Positions 58,010 through 64,000 of a stretch of 64,000 nt of DNA are shown in pieces. Positions within the stretch are counted from its first letter, which is position 1, and each line of letters opens with the position of its first letter. The notes under the pieces were generated by a model. That model was not told the DNA's origin, searched no databases, and saw only the letters and a list, made by a program, of their open reading frames with translations. The DNA is from a virus (taxonomy: Duplodnaviria > Caudoviricetes). Both the position numbers and the translations under genes were made by a program. The DNA is taken from IMG/VR virus record IMGVR_UViG_3300014208_000024, positions 256,001-320,000 of that record; one strand, written 5' to 3'.

Positions 58010-60558
58010 AAAAAAATTTTTTGACAGAACTAATTATAAAAACCAATATGTTTTTTTCCGCTGTCCAAAAAGGTGCAAATTTTAACCAAAAATTTTGGGA
58101 AAAAATTTTTTTAAGGTCTTAACTTTAAAAAAACAAAAAGATTTTCAAGCTATGCCTTTAATTAAACAGAATTTAAATGTGCCAAAGTTGTGATAAAAAT
58201 TCAACTGTAAAAAAAAGAACAGTTATAGTTACAGATGAAAATGTGTTTTCAAAAAACTTTCCAGAACTACTAATAGAATGGGATTGGGATAAAAACAACG
58301 CATTAGAAATTTTTCCAGATAAAATAACAAAATCAAATTCAAAAAAAGTTTGGTGGATCTGTAAAGATTGTGGATACGAATGGAATACAATCATATCAAC
58401 TAGAACAAAATATAAATCTGGATGTCCAAAATGTAATATAGGACTTTTTAATAAATATGGAGATAACTATATATCCATTAATTATCCACATCTGCTTAAA
58501 GAATGGGATTATGAAAAAAACAACCCATTAACCCCAGATAAATATAAAGCATTTACAAATCATGTTGTTTGGTGGATTTGTCCAGACTGTGGCCATAGCT
58601 ATCAAGAATATATTTATAAAAGAACAAAATTTAATCTTGGGTGTAAAATATGTAGAAAAAAAGAAAAAATTCTAAGGTCAAGAATTGTAAAATGTGTTAA
58701 TTGTGGAAATGATTTTGATTATAAATTAGATTTTGGATGGAATGATTCAAAAAAAAATCATGACAAATGCAAAAAATGCCATGAAAAATTAATAAAACAA
58801 AGAATTGAAAATGTAAAAACTAAAAAAGAATTATTAAAGAAAACAAGAAATAAAACAAAAGAAATAAAAAAATTAAAAAACTCTAATCCAGAATTATTTA
58901 AAAGTCTTCATCCAACAAAAAATGTTGGAGTAGATTTTGAAAACATTCTTCATAACTCTGAAAAAAAATATTATTGGATTTGTACAAATTGTAAAAGAGA
59001 AATGTTTGAAAGTGTTTCTACAATGGTAAAAAAAGTTGTTTGTAGAAAATGTGTTTCCAAAAGAGCATCTGGAATAGAAAGAAAATTTTATTTCTTTATA
59101 GAAAGCGTTTTGGGGGAAAATAATGTTGAAAACACTTATAATTTTACAACCATAGATAATAAAAAAATAGAGATAGACATATATATTCATCCTCTAAAAT
59201 TGGGAATTGAATATGATGGAGCTTACTTTCATAATAACAAACATGAAGCTGATATAAAAAAAACAAAAATATTGAACTCTCATGGAATTGACGTTATCAG
59301 AATTAGAGAAATCGGATTAAGTAAAATAAGAGAAGAAGATATAATATACAATTATAAGAAAAATAAATTTTCTAAAGCTCTTGTAGAATTGTTTTGGTAT
59401 ATTCAAAGAAAATATAAACTTACAATAGAACAAGGAGATATCTTGAAAAATTTTTTAAAACAAGATTTAAACAACTATGTTCTTCCAAAAGAATATCTTG
59501 TTTACCCACTTAAAAAAAACTCTCTCATGCAAAAAAATCCACATTTATCAAAATTGTGGCACTATGAAAAAAATCATCCATTAAAACCAGAAATGGTTTC
59601 TTTTAATTACTCAAAAAAATTGTGGTTTCATTGTAAAAACTGCGCAGAGCCAGTCAATGCTTTAATATACGATTTGTTAAATGGACTCCATTGGGGATTA
59701 TGTAAAGAATGTTCAAATATAAAAAGAAAAACAAAATCTATTGTTAAAAATATTATTGACTTTAGACCTGAATTAATTAATTGGTTTATTAAAGAAAAAA
59801 ATAGAGATTATAAAACATATGGAAAGTCTTCTGATGAAAAATTATGGTGGAGATGTCCAGAGTGTGGAGAAGAATTTTTAGAAGAAGCAAGAGTAATGGT
59901 AAACAAAAAAATAAAAAATTTATGTCCTAATCGCAAGAATCACAAAGATTGGATAGACACTGAAGAATTCTATAAAAGAACTAAAAAAAAATATAGTGAA
60001 AAAAATAAGACAATAACCAGTAGAAACAAAAAGTTGGATATCAAATATCCACAAGTATTATGTCAATGGGACTGGGATAAAAATATAACTACCCCAGATA
60101 AAGTTCAAAAATATGATGACATTTTAATTTGGTGGAAATGCTCAAAATGTGGACACTCCTGGCAAGAAACACCATTCAACAGAATTTCATATCATGAAAA
60201 TTGCCCTAAATGTAATCCTAAATATAATGAAAAAAGTGTCTATGGATATAAATTTTGTACACTTAAAAAAACATCCCTACTTGCAAAATCCCCTAAAATT
60301 GCAAAAGATTGGGATATTGAAAAAAATCATAATGTAGACGCAAGCCATGTTTCTAATATTTATTCAGATAAAGTATTTTGGAAATGTCACAAGTGTGGTC
60401 ATTCATGGGAAGAATCTGTTTACAACAGAACTAGAAAAGATAGAGTCACAAGTTGTAATTGTCCTGGGTGTGAACATAGAGCAAAACCTGTAGATAATTT
60501 AAAAAAAAATAAAGGTGCCAAATTTTGACCAAAAAATTGGGGAAAAAAATTTTTTTAG
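57988..60558 (+). repeat. Three imperfect A/T-tract direct repeats (57988-58022, 58069-58115, 60511-60558)
   Basis: Core AAATTTT(G/A)ACCAAAAA(A)TT(T)(G/A)G(G)AAAAAATTTTTT; copies 2 and 3 also share AAAGGTGC. Confidence 0.7.
58177..60528 (+). CDS. PD-(D/E)XK nuclease with about seven DUF4379-type Zn-ribbon repeats
   Basis: Repeats P.L..EWD.EKN...P......VWW.C..CG..W......RT...GC..C; central IEIDIYI..LGIEYDGAYFH..DIKKT..IRIRE. Confidence 0.82.
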   Translation: MCQSCDKNSTVKKRTVIVTDENVFSKNFPELLIEWDWDKNNALEIFPDKITKSNSKKVWWICKDCGYEWNTIISTRTKYKSGCPKCNIGLFNKYGDNYISINYPHLLKEWDYEKNNPLTPDKYKAFTNHVVWWICPDCGHSYQEYIYKRTKFNLGCKICRKKEKILRSRIVKCVNCGNDFDYKLDFGWNDSKKNHDKCKKCHEKLIKQRIENVKTKKELLKKTRNKTKEIKKLKNSNPELFKSLHPTKNVGVDFENILHNSEKKYYWICTNCKREMFESVSTMVKKVVCRKCVSKRASGIERKFYFFIESVLGENNVENTYNFTTIDNKKIEIDIYIHPLKLGIEYDGAYFHNNKHEADIKKTKILNSHGIDVIRIREIGLSKIREEDIIYNYKKNKFSKALVELFWYIQRKYKLTIEQGDILKNFLKQDLNNYVLPKEYLVYPLKKNSLMQKNPHLSKLWHYEKNHPLKPEMVSFNYSKKLWFHCKNCAEPVNALIYDLLNGLHWGLCKECSNIKRKTKSIVKNIIDFRPELINWFIKEKNRDYKTYGKSSDEKLWWRCPECGEEFLEEARVMVNKKIKNLCPNRKNHKDWIDTEEFYKRTKKKYSEKNKTITSRNKKLDIKYPQVLCQWDWDKNITTPDKVQKYDDILIWWKCSKCGHSWQETPFNRISYHENCPKCNPKYNEKSVYGYKFCTLKKTSLLAKSPKIAKDWDIEKNHNVDASHVSNIYSDKVFWKCHKCGHSWEESVYNRTRKDRVTSCNCPGCEHRAKPVDNLKKNKGAKF

Positions 60559-60658
60559 ACTCACTTTTAAATAAAATGTCCCTAAAAAAGGTGTTTTTCA
60601 GTGGTTTTAAATCGCTGGTTGGGGTGGCAAAAAAAATGTATGCGGTCTGGGACGGGGT

Positions 60659-60751
60659 ATATTTAAGGGGTCTAAACTACCCTTATTATCGTGCCGAAGG
60701 GGTCTAATTAGTGGGTCTATTTAAGGGGTCTAATCTATATAGGGGGTTTAA
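60659..60751 (+). repeat. G-rich short direct repeats AAGGGGTCTAA x3 plus degenerate copies
   Basis: Copies near 60665, 60697 and 60723; GTGGGTCTAT at 60711; AGGGGGTTTAA at 60741. Confidence 0.7.
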
Positions 60752-60762
60752 ATTAACCCCCT
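60741..60762 (-). terminator. Hairpin terminator of the 60778-60951 gene
   Basis: AGGGGGTT-taaatt-AACCCCCT. Confidence 0.6.
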
Positions 60763-60777
60763 TATTCTTTAGCCACC

Positions 60778-60951
60778 TTACAGGCTTTTGTACTCATTCA
60801 TTAACCTGTCATACTCAGGTTCGTCAATACCTTTTAATTCGTTGAGGAATTTTGCGGTGAACTTTGCTTTTTCAGCTTTTGATTCCTGTCCGCTTTTGAT
60901 CTTTTTAATTCTCTCTTTGATGTAGCGTGAGATTTCGATTGAGCCTGCCAT
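60778..60951 (-). CDS. Small hypothetical early-region protein
   Basis: MAGSIEISRYIKER..; promoter module at 60981-61010 on the minus strand. Confidence 0.7.
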   Translation of the reverse strand: MAGSIEISRYIKERIKKIKSGQESKAEKAKFTAKFLNELKGIDEPEYDRLMNEYKSL

Positions 60952-60980
60952 AACTTTTGGTTTTAATTGGTTTATGGATC

Positions 60981-61043
60981 TATAAAGCAAATAAAAATAA
61001 AAAGTGGGAACGTACCACTTTATTAAATAATTTGCTTTATATA
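60981..61043. promoter_or_regulatory. Back-to-back CCACTTT..TTTGCTTTATA promoters
   Basis: Minus copy 60981-61010, plus copy 61014-61043. Confidence 0.65.
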
Positions 61044-61065
61044 CTCAACCAATAACTTTAACACT

Positions 61066-61506
61066 ATGGATAATTACGAAAAATCAAACAGTATTGAGGC
61101 TTTGCCCAATGTAAAATTTTCAAGTACAAAAACTCTTTTTTCTTATATGAGGGAAAAAGGCGTGGTAACTCAAGACGACTTGCAAAGAGTAGCAGACGCT
61201 ATATGCAATGATTTAAAAGTATCAAAGGTAAATATTATCTTTGGGGGCGTACAAAACAATACAAGGGTAAATGGCAAACTCAAATCAAAAACTCTCGGTA
61301 CTTATAACACAGGGTCAACAAACATAAGAATTTTTCAATTTACTGCTGTAAAAAAACAGGCGGTTGCCACGAAAACAACCTTTGACACCTTGCTTCACGA
61401 ATTAATGCACCATTTCGACTATAAGATATTAAATTTACAACAGTCAATTCATTCGGGGGGCTTTTACAAAAGAATAGGAAATTTAAAAACTGCTTTGTTA
61501 AGTTAA
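61066..61506 (+). CDS. HExxH (SprT-like) metalloprotease-fold protein
   Basis: TLGTY..TLLHELMHHFDY..HSGGFYKR. Confidence 0.7.
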   Translation: MDNYEKSNSIEALPNVKFSSTKTLFSYMREKGVVTQDDLQRVADAICNDLKVSKVNIIFGGVQNNTRVNGKLKSKTLGTYNTGSTNIRIFQFTAVKKQAVATKTTFDTLLHELMHHFDYKILNLQQSIHSGGFYKRIGNLKTALLS

Positions 61507-61510
61507 GGGA

Positions 61511-61531
61511 AAGGGGGCAACCCCTTTTTTT
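61511..61531 (+). terminator. Intrinsic terminator
   Basis: AAGGGG-gcaa-CCCCTT plus T tract. Confidence 0.85.
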
Positions 61532-61545
61532 ATTTTCTTTTTTTT

Positions 61546-61630
61546 AATTTCTGTTTTGTAGTAAACCAATAGACAAAAATACAAAAAGGTCAATTCCCAC
61601 TTTTTCAGAAAATTTGCTTTATATACTCAC
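61546..61630 (+). repeat. Intergenic module: 23-bp box plus promoter core (copies 61546, 62020, 63974; inverted box 62888; core only 62150, 63805)
   Basis: AATTTC(T/G)GT(T/A)TTG(T/C)(A/C)GTAAACCA followed about 25 nt later by TTCCCACTTTT(T/C)CAGAAAATT(T/C)GCTTTATATA. Confidence 0.85.
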
Positions 61631-61650
61631 CAACCAACCAAACCAAAAAT

Positions 61651-61956
61651 ATGAAAACAATCGTAACGCCTTTCGAGCAGGCACAGGAAGCTGTCCGCAA
61701 TGGAAAACTGACAACCCCAACAGTTGTTGCAGAGGGAAAACAAATCGATTATTTCGGTTATCAGATCAGTGTTCACAGGTTTAATCTGAGAATAATGGCA
61801 GGGGATATGAAATTCAGGGGCGTCAAATTAAGAGATTTAAAGAATTATTACGGTCTGACAGGTCGCAGTGCAAGTGAATGCCTTGCACAGTTTGAAAATG
61901 TAGTAGCGGACTATCGCAGGCGGTTCAATCTACTGCAATCAGTAAACAAAAATTAA
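61651..61956 (+). CDS. Hypothetical early-region protein
   Basis: 101 aa, bracketed by promoter module and terminator. Confidence 0.75.
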   Translation: MKTIVTPFEQAQEAVRNGKLTTPTVVAEGKQIDYFGYQISVHRFNLRIMAGDMKFRGVKLRDLKNYYGLTGRSASECLAQFENVVADYRRRFNLLQSVNKN

Positions 61957-61974
61957 AAGGTGTGAAAGCCGAAA

Positions 61975-61999
61975 AAAGGGGGTGTGAAAGCCCTCTTTT
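61975..61999 (+). terminator. Intrinsic terminator
   Basis: AAAGGGGG-tgtgaaag-CCCTCTTT plus T tract. Confidence 0.7.
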
Positions 62000-62248
62000 A
62001 TTTTTTTTTTAATTTTTTAAATTTCGGTATTGTCGTAAACCAACAAGCCAAACATCCAAAAATGGCAATTCCCACTTTTCCAGAAAATTTGCTTTATATA
62101 GTCACGTTCTTTCGGTAGTTAAAAAAAGCGATCACAGGGAAACAAAAAATTCCCACTTTTTCAGAAAATTCGCTTTATATACTCACAAGCTCTTTGACAT
62201 ACTGAAATCAGAAAAAATAAAGTTACCAAACCATAAAAAACAAAAATT

Positions 62249-62806
62249 ATGAAAGCTACTACATTATTACAGTTAATCGAAAGTTTCGATTTTTCAGGTG
62301 TGTCCTTTATTTCGATAAAAGGATATTGTTCAGACGAAAGTGAAAACAGCGAAATCGCTGATGTTGTTGTGAATGTTGGTGCGTCTTATGGAAATATGAA
62401 AGATGCCGATTTGATTACCCTTCAGGGTGCAGATGTTTCAAAACTTGCTTCAGACAATTTTGGTTTTGCAATTCTTGAACAGGCTGTAAAAGAAAAAATT
62501 CAGTCAATTATTGCACCAAACGAAAACCGTTCAAACGGTCAAAAAGATGCCTACATCAACCTTAACCCCAAAGGTACTCTGAAATATTGCAAATCTACGG
62601 GCAGTGTTTTGATACAGGGTACGGTTGTTCGTAAAACTGTGATTAAAGAGGGTATTTTCAAAACAACAAATTCACGCCCTTTAACCCTTGCAAAAAAACA
62701 TATTGACAAGGTTCTTGATCTGAAAGTCGCAAAAATGCGATATTACAAAATTGCAAATATCACACGAAATGTAAAAGTTTCAGGTGATTGTATCGAAATC
62801 GAATAA
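62249..62806 (+). CDS. Hypothetical early-region protein
   Basis: 185 aa ORF. Confidence 0.8.
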   Translation: MKATTLLQLIESFDFSGVSFISIKGYCSDESENSEIADVVVNVGASYGNMKDADLITLQGADVSKLASDNFGFAILEQAVKEKIQSIIAPNENRSNGQKDAYINLNPKGTLKYCKSTGSVLIQGTVVRKTVIKEGIFKTTNSRPLTLAKKHIDKVLDLKVAKMRYYKIANITRNVKVSGDCIEIE

Positions 62807-62824
62807 CGAAAGAAAACGATCAGG

Positions 62825-62856
62825 GAGAGGGGGGCAGGTTGCCCCTCTTTTTTTTT
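62825..62856 (+). terminator. Intrinsic terminator
   Basis: GAGAGGGGGGCAGGTTGCCCCTCTTTTTTTT. Confidence 0.8.
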
Positions 62857-63146
62857 CTTTTTTTTTAAAAACCTTTCCCTGATATGGTGGTTTACGAGCA
62901 AACCGAAATTTAAAAAAAAGTTTTTAAAAACTTTCCCTGACATAAACTTTCCCTTGCGTTTCCCTGTATATAGAAAACGTTCCCTTTAAAACGGTTTTTA
63001 GGCTATTTTACAGGCTTTTTTTTATTACTGAATGATATTTGATATGTTTCCCCGATCAAAACGCTTTAAAATGCTTTAAAATGTTTCCCCAAAAACGTTC
63101 CCTCTTTTTCAATTTATTTGCTTTATATATTTTAAATAATTTAATT

Positions 63147-63800
63147 ATGAAATTAGATTTTTCAGGTCGCATAAATACTGATTATACAAAGGTTTCCCTT
63201 ACTCGCTCTTTTAAATATAAGGGCGGTTTTATTTCACCTAAGAGATTAAAAAACGGCAATGAAAAATTACATCATTGTTTTGTTTTCGATTTACCTGCTG
63301 TATTAAGTTGTCCTAATTGTAAAGGTTGCAAAGATAGTTGCTACGCTTTACAGGCACAAATGCAATATCCCGATGTAAGAGTTTTCAGGCATACAAATTT
63401 ACATCTTGCTGTTTTTAATATAAGCAAGTTAAAAGAGTTAATTTGTTCACAATTGCAGACATCACGAACAAACATTGTTCGCATACATGGTAGCGGTGAT
63501 TTTTTCAGTCAACAGTATGTGGATATGTGGCTCGAAATAATTAAAATGTTTCCTGATAAAAAGTTTTACGCTTATACAAAAGCTGAGAAATTATTTACCT
63601 TTAAAAAATTATCAAACTTTAACCTTATTACATCGTTTATAGGGGGCAAATTGAATTACGGTGACATTGATTATTGCAACAGTTTAAAAGATCGTTATAA
63701 CGCTTTTATTTGCCCTTGCGGAATTGATAAAACTGTTAAATGTGGAATTGATTGTAATTATTGTATAACGAATAAAAAGGTTTGTTTTTTGAAACATTAA
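63147..63800 (+). CDS. GP88-like protein (intact copy)
   Basis: LKNGNEKL..FDLPAVLSCPNCKGCKDSCYA..VRIHGSGDFFSQ..FYAYTK..CP..C..DC..C. Confidence 0.8.
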   Translation: MKLDFSGRINTDYTKVSLTRSFKYKGGFISPKRLKNGNEKLHHCFVFDLPAVLSCPNCKGCKDSCYALQAQMQYPDVRVFRHTNLHLAVFNISKLKELICSQLQTSRTNIVRIHGSGDFFSQQYVDMWLEIIKMFPDKKFYAYTKAEKLFTFKKLSNFNLITSFIGGKLNYGDIDYCNSLKDRYNAFICPCGIDKTVKCGIDCNYCITNKKVCFLKH

Positions 63801-64000
63801 ACCTTTCTCACTTTCCCAGAAAATTTGCTTTATATATCCATGAGAAAATAAATAAACAAACCAAAAAGGAATTTAAAATGCGAAAGTAAGTTTGTCTTTT
63901 CCTCTTAGTAATATTAAAATAGTAACTCGCACTCACAAGGTGCGGGAAAAACGTTTTTTATTTTGTTTTTTTAAATTTCTGTTTTGTCGTAAACCAATTA

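Noticed and set aside
60525-60707. 60-aa ORF across the G-rich island
   Set aside because: It starts inside a repeat and runs through tandem repeats with atypical composition; more likely non-coding.
1-64000. Alternative genetic code (TAG or TGA recoding, as in some large Bacteroidota phages)
   Set aside because: Known enzymes are full-length in code 11. The TAG ending ORF 24723-25016 is explained by a frameshift, not readthrough.
1-64000. tRNA, rRNA or tmRNA genes
   Set aside because: No T-loop GTTCGA/GTTCAA in a cloverleaf context was recognised by eye; a tRNAscan-SE or ARAGORN run would be definitive.
61546-64000. CRISPR array
   Set aside because: The repeats are irregularly spaced, separated by whole genes, and look like promoters; no cas genes are present.

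Overview
Very AT-rich, densely coding fragment of a jumbo dsDNA bacteriophage genome read in standard code 11. The host is probably Bacteroidota, inferred from TAnnTTTG promoters upstream of many genes. From 1 to about 19.8 kb are mostly hypothetical, probably late/virion-associated genes, a PG-binding amidase endolysin and two PcfJ-like proteins. From about 19.9 to 53 kb is a large nucleotide/cofactor/tRNA metabolism block: dut, thyA, folA, adenylate kinase-like, GMP reductase, pncB, nadE, Nudix, split CoaC/CoaB, CCA-adding enzyme, Thg1, ClpP-like, ATP-grasp, radical SAM, HAD, DEDDh exonuclease and a P-loop kinase. Free-standing homing endonucleases are scattered through this block. From 56.3 to 60.5 kb are two large repeat-array nucleases tied to A/T-tract direct repeats. 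After a G-rich boundary at about 60.6-60.8 kb, the architecture switches to small monocistronic genes separated by repeated promoter/terminator modules, as in an early or terminal region. The most notable observations are: (1) a splicease-like radical SAM enzyme with a fused C-terminal tail carrying three xYAV repeats; (2) a nucleotidyltransferase + 2H phosphoesterase (Acb1-like) + HExxH triple fusion; (3) a pncB-Nudix-nadE NAD cluster; (4) an integron-like attC site with a cassette; (5) a CoaC-M23 fusion with a separate CoaB; (6) a recurrent LRKLIREEI..LFE terminal tag on genes that mostly carry a TATTTAT promoter; (7) two unannotated RHH-homing endonuclease modules. No tRNA, rRNA or CRISPR array was seen. 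All family assignments come from motif recognition by eye; no database search was run.
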